Source: Parcubacteria group bacterium
GTDB taxonomy: Bacteria > Patescibacteriota > Minisyncoccia > Moranbacterales > UBA2206
NCBI GenBank assembly: GCA_041661275.1
Contig: JBAZUU010000001.1
Span: 229,057-293,056 of the forward strand
Length of the DNA: 64,000 nucleotides
Reading direction: 5' to 3'
Below the pieces are notes generated by a model that saw only the letters and a program-made list of their open reading frames with translations, searched no databases and was not told the DNA's origin. Made by a program: the position numbers and the translations under genes. Below, piece after piece: positions 9,809 through 20,200 of the stretch. The first letter of the stretch is position 1. The number at the start of each line of letters is the position of its first letter.

Positions 9809-10795
9809 TTATTTGATTAGTTCTATTTTCAGTTTATCACCTTGTCTTGTTACTTTCAATCCTTTGAATAATACAACCTGGCGCTTATTCTTATTACTAG
9901 CGATGATCTTGATCAGTTCTTTTATATGCGCCGACTCAATATCCTTGAGACCAGATTTTTTATCGGAAATTGCCCGTAAAATCACTCTTTTTTGGATAGC
10001 GGGCGGAAGATCAAGGATTTTTTTGACGCTTAACTCTTTATTCTTGGCATATGCCCTATCCGAGACTTGTGAAATATATTCCAGATCCTCGGCGATAGTT
10101 TCAATGGAAGAAAAAATAGTCTTTTTGATCTGCGGATTGAAATTTTTTTCAAGATATGGAATGAGTTTGTTTCTGATCTTGTTCCTTAGATATTTTGATT
10201 CGAGGTTGGTTTTGTCAATTCTGTATTTTAATTTATTCTCTTTTAAATATTTTTCGATTTCAGCTCGGGGAATATTTAGGAGCGGTCGGATAACTTTCTC
10301 ATTTTTATACTGCATAGCAGAGAGTCCCTGAAGTCCCGCGCCGCGGATAATTCTCATGAGATATGTTTCTACCTGATCGTCCTGATTATGAGCAACAGCG
10401 ATAAGATCAAAATTATTTTCAGATCGAACTTTTTCAAAAAAATCATAGCGGATGTCACGCAGTTCTTTTTCAGAAGGAGTTTTCCTAAAACCCGGTTTTA
10501 GGATTTTTATTTTCAAGCCGTATTTTTTTGCCAAATCGCGGACGAATTTTTCATCCTTGTCGCTGTCTTTTCCGCGCAGGCCATAATTTACATGAGCAAT
10601 GATCAGCTCAAGGTCGTATTTTTTTTGTAATTTACTAAAAATATCCAAGATACAAGTTGAGTCTGGTCCGCCGGAAACTGCTAGAATAATTTTTGACCCA
10701 CGCTCAAAGATTTTATGTTGAAAGATAGTGTTCTGAACTTTTTTAACTAGACTTTTCATTAATTTTGGATTGGATGAATCCGAGCACTTTCTCAA
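9809..10795 (-). CDS. tilS: tRNA(Ile)-lysidine synthetase TilS
   Basis: PP-loop ILAVSGGPDSTCIL. The position next to ftsH matches the conserved tilS-ftsH neighbourhood. The true start is probably an internal Met, because the ORF overlaps cmk. Confidence 0.85.
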   Translation of the reverse strand: MRKCSDSSNPKLMKSLVKKVQNTIFQHKIFERGSKIILAVSGGPDSTCILDIFSKLQKKYDLELIIAHVNYGLRGKDSDKDEKFVRDLAKKYGLKIKILKPGFRKTPSEKELRDIRYDFFEKVRSENNFDLIAVAHNQDDQVETYLMRIIRGAGLQGLSAMQYKNEKVIRPLLNIPRAEIEKYLKENKLKYRIDKTNLESKYLRNKIRNKLIPYLEKNFNPQIKKTIFSSIETIAEDLEYISQVSDRAYAKNKELSVKKILDLPPAIQKRVILRAISDKKSGLKDIESAHIKELIKIIASNKNKRQVVLFKGLKVTRQGDKLKIELIK

Positions 10796-11315
10796 AAACT
10801 TGTTCTGGATCCAGATCGGTAGTATCTACTACGAAATCGTAATTATTCTTGTTTCTGATATTTATCCCGTAATATTGCATATATCTCTTATCATCAGTTT
10901 CTCTTCTTTCCTGAACTTTTTTCATAACGTAATCTACGGAAGCGGGCGGTTTTTTTGTTTCATTCCTGTTGTTCTTTTCCAGAATCTCTTTATATATACG
11001 CTTAGCGCCTTCCTCTTCGGCTACTTTCAGATAAATTTTTATAGAATTTGGGATGAAATGCCAGGCTACCCGGCTATCAATGATAAAGTTATCCTGTTCT
11101 TTAGATAATTTTATTACATAATCATCAACTTCTTTATCTATGCTAGGATCGGTTTCGCCTAGCTTTAGATATTCAACCAAACTCAACCCTCTTTTTTTAG
11201 ACATTTCGCGGAAAATTTCTCCGGTCGTGTATCGGGTAAAATTTATTTTTTCTGCCAATTTTTTGGCAACCGTAGTTTTTCCCGATCCCTCGTCGCCGTT
11301 GATAGTTATGATCAT
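10743..11315 (-). CDS. cmk: cytidylate kinase
   Basis: P-loop GDEGSGKTT and an NMP-kinase architecture. Its position immediately upstream of rpsA matches the conserved cmk-rpsA pair. Confidence 0.75.
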   Translation of the reverse strand: MIITINGDEGSGKTTVAKKLAEKINFTRYTTGEIFREMSKKRGLSLVEYLKLGETDPSIDKEVDDYVIKLSKEQDNFIIDSRVAWHFIPNSIKIYLKVAEEEGAKRIYKEILEKNNRNETKKPPASVDYVMKKVQERRETDDKRYMQYYGINIRNKNNYDFVVDTTDLDPEQVFEKVLGFIQSKINEKSS

Positions 11316-11325
11316 ACTTTTTTAT

Positions 11326-12672
11326 TTATTTTTCCTCTTTTTTACTTTTCTTTGTCTTCTTAGGCTTTTCGCCTTCTTCTTTTTTCGCCTTTTTTTCTTT
11401 TTTCTCTGTCTTTTCCTCTTTCCTTTCAGTCTTTTCGGCTTTTTTTGCTTTCTTTTTGTCCGCCAAAACTAAGCCCATGCGATGTTCTTTTGGTTCAATA
11501 GAAAGTATCTGCCATTGGTATTTTTCTCCGTTTTTGATCAGTTCGTCGAGCGTTTTTCCAGGATAAGCTTCGCTCATCTCGGAGATGTGCGCCAAACCAT
11601 GGATGTCTTTGTCGAGATAAACAAAAGCACCAAAAGGATTTATCTTATGTACAGTTCCAGTAACAATATCGTTCACTTTATATTTCTTTTCTACTTCACT
11701 CCAAGGATCTTTCTGGAGAGCGCGCATAGAAAGAGAAATTTTGTCGGCGTCTATACCGATAATTTTTGCTTCTACCCGGTCGCCAACTTTCACAATAGTC
11801 CTTGGGTCTTCAATGAGTTGCCAGGCTAATTCTGATATGTGGACCAATCCTTCCATCTTTTCACCGTCAGTTGTTTCTTCGCTATTTTTTCCGGGAGCGG
11901 AAAATTTTACGAAAGCTCCAAAGTCAACTACGCCACTCACTTCACCACTCACAACATCGCCAACGGCCATATTGGAAATGATTTCTCTATCTTTGTCGGA
12001 AGTAGCCGCTTTTTCACTAACAATCAGTTTTTGTGATTCTCGGTCAGCGTCCAAAATCTTTACTTCCAGTTCTTTGCCGATCAATTTTTTCAAGAGATTT
12101 AATATCTTATTCTTGTCACCATCTTCAACTCTTGGATAGTTTTTGCTGGAAAGCTGGGAAACGGGCAAAAATCCGGAAATTCCGTTGACTTCAACCAAAA
12201 GTCCGCCTTTGTTAGCGCTAAGAATTTTTGTACCGATCTTTTCCTGGGTATCACGCTTAGATTCGATGTCATCCCATGCCTTTTCATAAGAAGCTTCACG
12301 GATGGAAAGTTCGATATATCCATCTTCATTTTCCGTTTCCGTGACCACTGCTGTCACCTCATCACCGATTTTCAATTTTCCCGCGGCCATTCCGTCTTTG
12401 ATCTCTTTTCCCATGACCACTCCGGTGCCAAAAGGCGCCAGGTCCATATATATTTCAGAGGTAGAAACCTCGATTACACGCCCAACGATCGTTTCGCCTA
12501 CAGTTGGATATGTAATCGGATTTTTTCCGATCAATTTTCCCATTAAAGTTTCATCCTTGACTTCTTCTTTGGCATCTTTCACGCTTTTCTTTTCTTTTTT
12601 AGCGCTTTCTACAATTTCAGTGTCAGAAATTTTGTCCACTTCTTTAGCCAGATTGTCCAATATGTCGTTCAT
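11326..12672 (-). CDS. rpsA: 30S ribosomal protein S1 (short form) with lysine-rich C-terminal tail
   Basis: Repeated S1 domains (VGDVVSGEVSGVVDFGAFVKF; VNDIVTGTVHKINPFGAFVYL) and a KKAKK-type tail. Confidence 0.85.
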   Translation of the reverse strand: MNDILDNLAKEVDKISDTEIVESAKKEKKSVKDAKEEVKDETLMGKLIGKNPITYPTVGETIVGRVIEVSTSEIYMDLAPFGTGVVMGKEIKDGMAAGKLKIGDEVTAVVTETENEDGYIELSIREASYEKAWDDIESKRDTQEKIGTKILSANKGGLLVEVNGISGFLPVSQLSSKNYPRVEDGDKNKILNLLKKLIGKELEVKILDADRESQKLIVSEKAATSDKDREIISNMAVGDVVSGEVSGVVDFGAFVKFSAPGKNSEETTDGEKMEGLVHISELAWQLIEDPRTIVKVGDRVEAKIIGIDADKISLSMRALQKDPWSEVEKKYKVNDIVTGTVHKINPFGAFVYLDKDIHGLAHISEMSEAYPGKTLDELIKNGEKYQWQILSIEPKEHRMGLVLADKKKAKKAEKTERKEEKTEKKEKKAKKEEGEKPKKTKKSKKEEK

Positions 12673-12831
12673 TTTTGTGTGAATAATAAATTAATGATTA
12701 ATAAGTATTAAAACAAAAAATTCCCTAAAAAAGGAATTATTAAGAAAGTGTTCGGGAATTAAAGCATTCCCTATTTGATTTTTCTTAATAATTATATAGT
12801 AAAGTATAGTTTAGGCCTTAGATTTTGTCAA

Positions 12832-12900
12832 CCCCGCACTAACTTTGCACCAGCACAAAGTGCTGAATTGGCCAAGGGCCAGTGCAAAGTTAGTGCGGGG
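12832..12900. promoter_or_regulatory. 19 bp perfect inverted repeat (CCCCGCACTAACTTTGCAC ... GTGCAAAGTTAGTGCGGGG) with a 31 nt loop that contains a nested hairpin
   Basis: Read directly. It lies about 160 nt upstream of the rpsA start on the minus strand and overlaps the 3' end of the 12890-13447 ORF. No T-run follows it. Confidence 0.5.
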
Positions 12901-13447
12901 TCAAATTCTTATGCCTTTTTACTAAATATATCACGAGATAGGCTAAAATAATCAATGAATAGTTGGTTATCATAAACCAGGGTGTGCCCCAATGGACACC
13001 ATTCACCTTAAAATCGGAAAAAGGCCAAAGGAAGGGCGTAGGATAGAAATCATAGGAATGAGACGGAATGTCCATAATAATATGAATGATCCAGCCAAGC
13101 ATTTCCCACACTGGTCGTCTAAAAATCAGCCAAATTAGGCCGAAAATAAGGAAAAATATGAGCAGACTATGGCTTAGGTTATACAGATGATGGGTCAAAT
13201 TGTTGATAACAAGCCCATTTCCGGTGGCTGGCTCCATGTGGGCCGGTCCTGGATGGTCCATTTTAGGAATTCCTGGGAATATATATGAGGCGAACATATA
13301 TATGAAAGCCGGCGCGAAAGCAAAAACATCCGGAAAAACGCCAAAAACCACCATTTTCCACGTTTTTAACGGTTTTTTCTTGAATATTTTAATATTCCCA
13401 GCCTTCGAAGCTGCCCCAGCCCAAAGGCCGTGTGCGAAAACATCCAT
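12890..13447 (-). CDS. membrane-bound metal-dependent hydrolase-like protein (DUF457/YdjM-like)
   Basis: MDVFAHGLWAG start, histidine-rich motifs and several TM helices. The family call is tentative. Confidence 0.5.
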   Translation of the reverse strand: MDVFAHGLWAGAASKAGNIKIFKKKPLKTWKMVVFGVFPDVFAFAPAFIYMFASYIFPGIPKMDHPGPAHMEPATGNGLVINNLTHHLYNLSHSLLIFFLIFGLIWLIFRRPVWEMLGWIIHIIMDIPSHSYDFYPTPFLWPFSDFKVNGVHWGTPWFMITNYSLIILAYLVIYLVKRHKNLTPH

Positions 13448-13590
13448 CCGGTAGTAGAATTTCGACTGAGTTTTCCTCTGGAAAACTCAAATCAAAACTA
13501 AATAAAATTAATTAAACTTCTAATTAAATACAATTTAATGAATATATAATGACTAAGATTTTAAAAGTCGAAATTTCACTACCGGATCCA

Positions 13591-13854
13591 TCAGCGTTTT
13601 TTATAAAAATACTCTTTTAGCCTTCTCTTTAATAACCTCCTACCATGACTAGTTTTGAAATATTTCTCTCGCCTCTTAGCATCATTTTCATTTAAAACTG
13701 CTTCATAATAAATTAATTTCCATGGCATATATCTTTTTGTCGATTGCGATATTCCTGAATTATGTTCTTCAAATCTTCTTTTTAGGTCAGTAGTATAGCC
13801 AATATAGAGTTCGCTATTTTTCAAGCTTTCTAGTATATATGTATAATAAAACAT
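13591..13854 (-). CDS. GIY-YIG nuclease-superfamily small protein
   Basis: YYTYILES...LYIGYTTDLKRRFEEHN matches the GIY-YIG motif arrangement. Confidence 0.75.
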   Translation of the reverse strand: MFYYTYILESLKNSELYIGYTTDLKRRFEEHNSGISQSTKRYMPWKLIYYEAVLNENDAKRREKYFKTSHGRRLLKRRLKEYFYKKR

Positions 13855-13969
13855 TTTTTTTGTTTTCTCTATTATTACACACTTTAACCAAATAAAATAG
13901 CCCGCATAATCCTCTCTCCTCCTTAAAGAGTGGAAAATGCGGGCGGGTGTTTGTTGACGGTTGTGTTTG

Positions 13970-14863
13970 TCAGGCTGCTTTGGCAGCGAGGGCCAGAATC
14001 TCTTTCTGGACGTCCGGATCCTGAAAATGGCCAGGATTATTCTGGAAGTCGCAAATCACGCGATATTCGTCCGGACGCATTACTTTTTGTAGCTTGGGCA
14101 GCTTTTCATCAAACTCAATAATGTAGTTGACTTCCAGTTCAGCGGGAACCAAACCGAGTTCCGGATTGAAAGCAAAATCGGACGCCTTTTTTCGGTTGTT
14201 TGCGCTTCTATTCAAGGTGTAAAAAACCTTGTTGCAAGTGACCGATATCCTGCTTTGCTGGGCTGCCCAGAGCACGATGAGTCTGGCAATCAGTTTACTT
14301 CCCAGATCGTTTGCCATATCGTCGAATATGCCGACGATATCACCATTTCGGAGACGGGCCTCGACAAATTCCTTCTGGCCGTACTGCTGCGCAGAGTCCG
14401 TGCTGATTTTTCGAAGCAGATCCATGCACTCTTGTGGAGTGCGGACTTTTTCAGGCAGTGGCCTTGTGTAACCGATCCGGCGACTCCGATCGTTGTAGGC
14501 GAGCGAAGCGACAGCTGTTCCTCCGATGAGTGGAACTCCTGCCATTTCAATTCCGATGAGGACATCAAGGCTATGGACGAGGATGAGATCGGCCATCGCT
14601 CTGCATACATCATGAAAAAGCTTGGCGGAATCGCCGATCGGTCGCATGTTGTAAAACCAGGGTGCCCAACTATCGTTTTTTAGTGTCCAGCCTTCCAGAC
14701 GGTTCTTTTCTTTTGCCGCGTTCCAGAGAGTTTGTAAATACATCTCTCTATAGAGCGGAATTATGAGCAGATCTGCCCATTCTTCTTTTGATCGGTAGGC
14801 CATCTTTTCCGTCCTTTCTTGAAATAGAGGAGAAGCTGGCTGCTGATTAGGCGGCGTGCACAA
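13970..14863 (-). CDS. pyrE: type I phosphoribosyltransferase, orotate phosphoribosyltransferase-like
   Basis: PRTase-like segments (LDVLIGIEMAGVPLIGGTAVAS; NGDIVGIFDDMANDLGSKL). It overlaps the OMP-decarboxylase gene by 17 nt. The local GC content is far above the window average. Confidence 0.55.
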   Translation of the reverse strand: MCTPPNQQPASPLFQERTEKMAYRSKEEWADLLIIPLYREMYLQTLWNAAKEKNRLEGWTLKNDSWAPWFYNMRPIGDSAKLFHDVCRAMADLILVHSLDVLIGIEMAGVPLIGGTAVASLAYNDRSRRIGYTRPLPEKVRTPQECMDLLRKISTDSAQQYGQKEFVEARLRNGDIVGIFDDMANDLGSKLIARLIVLWAAQQSRISVTCNKVFYTLNRSANNRKKASDFAFNPELGLVPAELEVNYIIEFDEKLPKLQKVMRPDEYRVICDFQNNPGHFQDPDVQKEILALAAKAA

Positions 14864-15881
14864 GAGCTTCGTTGATGTTCCTTTGCATTTTCATGGCGAC
14901 CTTAGCTGATGCTTCTGCAAAATCGGGGCCGTCGGAAGCGAAATCGATCTCGGAGGCGCTGTTGATGGACATGCTTCCCTCTCCCCGATAGCCCGCCTTG
15001 ACGGTCTGAAAAATGAATCCGCCTTGAGTTCCGACCCCCGGGACCAGAAACCACAGGTAATCCTTGACGATTTCTCGGCAACGGGAAAGATGCCAGGAAA
15101 AAATGTTGCCGGATCCTTTTTCTTCCGGCGGTTCGTAGGCGGCGGCCATCACGAGACCGGCGTCAGCCTGTACGCCGAACTTTTCTGACCAGGCCAGTAC
15201 GCGTTCCGCAATGAATTCCCAGTAATGTCTGCCGTCGGCCAGTTTGATGTCCTGGACTTCCCGTGCGGAAGGGTTGCTGGTGTAGCACAAACTGACGATA
15301 GCCCGGCCGGGCGTGGCATTACTTATCAGGCTTTCCATGCATTCTGAACCCATATAGGGGCCGAAGTTCATGCCATCGACCCCGTCGATTTCCAAATGAG
15401 CAATACGGTAGCGTTGCTGTGTCCGACCGATATCTCCACGCTTGCAGTCCAGAAAGACTGGGATGCTGGGATGGAACTTGTGGATATGATCGACAATGGC
15501 CTGAAGAGCCAGTCGCCCCCCCTCAAAGGCCTCGTAATGAGCGACCTGCGGTTTGAAGTGTAACGTGTACGGCGCTGTCGAATCCACGATTTCTGTCATC
15601 CATTTGGCGCATCGGCGCCAGTCGCTTGGAAAAGATCTGCGAACAATATCCGGACATTTTTCCATTATTGGGTCCAGACCAACGCAAACCAGTGACTTGA
15701 CTTTTCTTTCACGCAATACCAGTTTTTGTCTGAAACCTATTGCCTCACTCATGATTTTCTCCCTTTTCATTTTTTCGCGCGAATTCATTCCCGGCGGCAA
15801 CGATTGCCACCAGATCCATAGCCCTTTTTTCTGTAATTTTCTCCTATTTTGTAAATGCAATTCAATTTTTCGCAAAGTCAA
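14847..15881 (-). CDS. pyrF: orotidine-5'-phosphate decarboxylase, type 2
   Basis: VCVGLDP, FLDCKRGDIGRT and LVPGVGTQGG motifs. The N-terminal 40-60 aa are probably not translated, since an internal Met (MSEAIGF...) is a likelier start. The gene is GC-rich. Confidence 0.75.
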   Translation of the reverse strand: MTLRKIELHLQNRRKLQKKGLWIWWQSLPPGMNSREKMKREKIMSEAIGFRQKLVLRERKVKSLVCVGLDPIMEKCPDIVRRSFPSDWRRCAKWMTEIVDSTAPYTLHFKPQVAHYEAFEGGRLALQAIVDHIHKFHPSIPVFLDCKRGDIGRTQQRYRIAHLEIDGVDGMNFGPYMGSECMESLISNATPGRAIVSLCYTSNPSAREVQDIKLADGRHYWEFIAERVLAWSEKFGVQADAGLVMAAAYEPPEEKGSGNIFSWHLSRCREIVKDYLWFLVPGVGTQGGFIFQTVKAGYRGEGSMSINSASEIDFASDGPDFAEASAKVAMKMQRNINEALVHAA

Positions 15882-16098
15882 ATTTCAACGAACTGTTTAA
15901 AAAATCCCAAAGAAAAATTTCTCCTTGAGCCTCCTTAGCCAATTTTTAATCTATCTTAAACCTACGGCAAAATCCCCCATCCGTCAACAAAAATCCATCC
16001 AAAATACTCTCGACAACGCCTGTTTATTATGATAATATGACATAGTATTGTATCTTTTTTATACAAAATACTATATACTAAATACCAAATACTATTCT

Positions 16099-16758
16099 AT
16101 GATTATCCAATACTACGGGCATTCTTGCTTTAAAATAACCACAAAACCGGCCGGACGAGGACAAGATGATGTGACGATGTTCATCGATCCTTTTGACAAA
16201 GCCATTGGTCTTCGTCCGCCACAAGGACAAGCAGATTTGGTTTTGGTGACACACGACCATCATGACCATAATAATGTCGAAGCGATCAAAGGTGAACCAT
16301 ATATCATCGACATTCCGGGAGAATATTCGGTCAAAGGTGTCAATATTGTCGGAATGAAGACGTTCCATGACAAAAAAGAAGGCGCTGAACGCGGAGCTAA
16401 TACTATATATATACTAGAAACAGAAGAATTGCGGATCTGCCATATGGGTGATTTGGGGCATTCTCTCTCTGAAAAGGAGCTGGAAGCGATAAATGGTGTG
16501 AATATTTTGATGATTCCCATTGGCGGAAAATATACGCTCGACGGAAAAGAAGCGGTTGATATAATCAAAAAGATTGAGCCGGAAATTGTTATTCCAATTC
16601 ACTATAAAATAAGTGGGTCAACAGTGGACGTGGATGACGAGAAAAAGTTTTGCAAAGAAATTGGAAACTGTCCGAAAGAAAAAGTAACAAAGATCAATAT
16701 CAAGAAAAAAGATTTGGAGGGAAAAAGTATGGAAGTAATACTTATGGGAGTCGAATAA
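16099..16758 (+). CDS. metallo-beta-lactamase-fold metal-dependent hydrolase (UPF0173-like)
   Basis: HxHxDH motif (VTHDHHDHNN). The track ORF starts at 16048, but MIIQYYGHSCF at 16099 is the likelier start. Confidence 0.75.
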   Translation: MIIQYYGHSCFKITTKPAGRGQDDVTMFIDPFDKAIGLRPPQGQADLVLVTHDHHDHNNVEAIKGEPYIIDIPGEYSVKGVNIVGMKTFHDKKEGAERGANTIYILETEELRICHMGDLGHSLSEKELEAINGVNILMIPIGGKYTLDGKEAVDIIKKIEPEIVIPIHYKISGSTVDVDDEKKFCKEIGNCPKEKVTKINIKKKDLEGKSMEVILMGVE

Positions 16759-16782
16759 AAATTTAAAAATATTTATAACTAC

Positions 16783-17106
16783 ATGGGGTTTATACAGAAC
16801 AAAATAAACGAAATAAGAAAAAAGCCAGAACATATCAGGATCCGTTACGCTTGGGCTTGTGCTGCTGGCGTAACATTTTTGGTCATCATCATCTGGATCG
16901 TTTCTCTCACTGCTAAGAATCAGGACGAAATTACCAATCAGGAAATTTTTACTCCAGAACAGATGAAACCGATCGAAGACCTGAAAACTAGTGGACAAGA
17001 TCTGAAGAACGCTACGGATAAATTGAAAGATGCCGCAGGAAATGCCCAAAACCAACAGAAGATCAGTAATCCGCAGAATCCGGGAGAAGGATTTAATAAC
17101 CAATAA
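16783..17106 (+). CDS. small membrane-anchored protein, unknown function
   Basis: A single TM helix followed by a Q/N-rich tail. Confidence 0.4.
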   Translation: MGFIQNKINEIRKKPEHIRIRYAWACAAGVTFLVIIIWIVSLTAKNQDEITNQEIFTPEQMKPIEDLKTSGQDLKNATDKLKDAAGNAQNQQKISNPQNPGEGFNNQ

Positions 17107-17262
17107 GAATTGGAATTTCTAATTTTCAATTTCTAATTTCTAAACAATTTCTAATTTCTAAACAATTTCTAATTTTTCAATGACTAAATTTCCAAATTGA
17201 AGAATTAAAACATTGGAAATTGTTTGAAAATTGAAAATTATAAATTGAAAATTAGTTTTCGT
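17107..17262. repeat. AT-rich tandem and inverted repeats (AATTTCTAATTTCTAAACA units; TTGAAAATTGAAAATT)
   Basis: Read directly. They are related to the low-complexity repeats at 4008-4075, 4222-4330 and 49838-49968. Confidence 0.6.
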
Positions 17263-17263
17263 T

Positions 17264-20200
17264 ATGGAAAAAGATATCAAAAATACTAGCGTTATTCAAT
17301 CGCGGGAAATTACCGAAGAAATTTCGCAATCCTATTTGGATTATGCTATGAGCGTCATTGTCGCTCGCGCTTTGCCTGATGTTCGCGATGGCTTGAAGCC
17401 GGTTCACCGAAGAATCCTCTATTCCATGTGGAACACTGGTCTTCGCGCCAATGCTAAATTCCGAAAATCAGCCACAGTGGTCGGAGAAGTCTTGGGAAAA
17501 TATCACCCGCATGGCGACGTGGCGGTCTATGATTCTATGGTGAGAATGGCCCAGGATTTTTCTCTACGCTATCCATTGGTGCGCGGTCAGGGAAACTTCG
17601 GTTGTTTTACAAAAGACACTAGGGTCAAACTGGCTGATGGGCGGAATTTAAGCTTCGAAGATCTTATAAAAGAAGATAAACAGGGCAAAAAAAATTACAC
17701 CTATACGGTTAATTCTTTGGGTTTAATTTCAATAGCTCAAATAAAAAAACCTCGCCTTACCATTGAAAATGCAGAAGTCATTAGAGTTGTGCTGGACAAT
17801 GGGCAGAAAATTAAATGTACTCCTAATCATTTGTTTATGCTCAAAAACGGCCAATATGAAGAAGCGCAAAATCTGAAAAAAGAGGATTCTCTAATGCCGT
17901 TATATGAAAAGTTATCGGAAAAAACTGATAGGCTAAATCGTGAAGGATATACTCTAGTATACCAGCCCAAAAAAGACGAATGGGTTCCCGTGCACCACCT
18001 GGCTGATAATTTCAATTTGACTGTTGGAAAATACATAAAAAGTGTCGGTAGGGTAAGGCATCATTCGGATTTCAATAAACTTAATAACAGTCCTGAAAAT
18101 ATTGTCAGAATGAATTGGAAAGAGCATTGGAGCGTTCATTATGAAAACGCTTCCTTGTTGCATAAAAGCGCGAATTATCGCCAAAAAATTAAAGAAGGTC
18201 GGGATAAATATTGGTCAGACTCTCAAGTTCGAGAGCAATATGCAAAGCGTTTATCTGAAAGGAATGTGATAAATTGGGAAAATCCGGAATATCGGGAAAA
18301 GATGCGTCTTTTTTTGAGCGAGATGAATAAGCAGTATATGAAAGATCATCCGGAAAAACGCCAGGAAATTAGTGAGCGCGCTACAAAAACTTTGAAAAGG
18401 CTTTGGAAAAATCCCGAGTATCGCGCGATAATGCATGAAAGAATAATCAAGGGAAACAAAAATCACAAAACCAATAAAACCGGCAGGTTAAAGTTCCTCA
18501 ATGTTTGTAAGGAAATTATTGCAAAAAATCTTGAGATAAATGAAAAAAATTATTCTCAATTCAGAAAAAAAGTTTATGCCTATGGAGCGGCAACGCTATG
18601 GGAGACAGGATTGAATAAATATTTTCAAAATAGTCCTGACCTGATTCGACAGGAAATAAGCAAAAATCACAGAATCGTTAGGATCGAAAAGATAAAAGAA
18701 AAAGAAGATGTGTTTGACCTTACGATTGATAATTCTCACAACTTTTGTTTGGGTGCCGGAGTATTTGTTCATAACTCGATGGATGGTGATAGCGCGGCAG
18801 CCTATCGTTATACAGAAGCCAAGCTTTCTGTCATTGCTGAAGAAATGCTTATTGACATCGAAAAGAATACTGTCGATTTTGTGCCGAACTTTGACGGACA
18901 GCACAAAGAACCAACTGTTCTTCCCGCCGGACTCCCTCAGCTTCTTCTCAACGGTTCTATGGGAATCGCTGTCGGGATGGCGACAAACATCCCTCCGCAT
19001 AATTTAGGCGAACTTATCGACGGCATCAATTGTCTTATTGAAAATCCGGACGCGGAAATTTCTGATCTCGCGGAATTTGTGAAAGGTCCGGACTTCCCTA
19101 CTGGTGGTATAATTTACAACAAAAAAGACATCCTGGAAGCCTACAAGACCGGACGGGGAAAAATTCTCACGCGAGCCAAGGCGGAAATCGTGGAAACAAA
19201 AGCCGGTGCGTTTCAAATCATTGTGAGCGAAATGACTTATGCCACTAACAAAGCGACAATGATTGAGCGAATGGCTGATCTGGTGCATGAAGGAAAAATT
19301 GTCGGTATTAGGGACATTCGAGATGAATCAGACAAGGAAGGAGTGCGGCTGGTCATTGAGCTCAAAAAAGACGCTTATCCGCAAAAAGTTTTGAATAAAC
19401 TATATTCCCTCACCGATCTCCAAAAAAACTTTGGAGTGAATATGTTGGCGCTGGTCGGTGGCATTGAACCGCAGATCTTGAACCTGAAAGATATTTTGGA
19501 AGAATATATCGAACACCGAAAAATTGTCATCACTCGCCGGACTAAATATGATCTGGAAAAAGCACGAGACCGGGCGCATATTTTAGAGGGCTTGAAAATC
19601 GCTCTTGATCATATCGACGCGGTGATAGAAACAATCAAAAAATCAGAAACCAAGGAAATTGCTCATGTCAATTTGATGAAAAAATTCAAATTATCCGACA
19701 GACAGGCTACAGCAATTCTCGAAATGAGATTGCAAACTTTGGCGGGGCTAGAGCAAAAGAAAATCGAAGACGAGCTAGCCGAAAAACTGAAACTGATTGC
19801 GGAGCTCGAAGCTATTCTAAAGAGTGAAAAGAAAATTTTAGGAATAGTCAAAGATGAGTTGGCGCGCGTCAAAGAAAAATATGGCGATGAGAGAAAAACC
19901 AAGATCGTGAAAGGCGGCATCACCGAATTCAAGCAAGAAGACCTTGTGCCGAACGATGAAGCGATAATCACTATTTCCAAAGAAGGATATATTAAAAGAA
20001 TGGATCCGGCCGTATACAAAGTTCAGCGTCGGGGCGGAAAAGGAGTGATTGGCGCCACCACCAAAGAAGGCGATGAAATTTCTGAAATGCTGGGCGTTAT
20101 GGCGCACGACAATCTTCTCTTTTTCACCAACACCGGAAAAGTTTTCCAGACGAAAGCTTATGAAATTCCCGCTTCCACCCGGATCGCCAAAGGCCAGTCC

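Noticed and set aside
17107-17262. Possible CRISPR array (regular short repeats)
   Set aside because: The repeat units are AT-rich, contiguous with no unique spacers, and similar units occur in coding DNA. No cas genes are present. No CRISPR array was found anywhere in the window.
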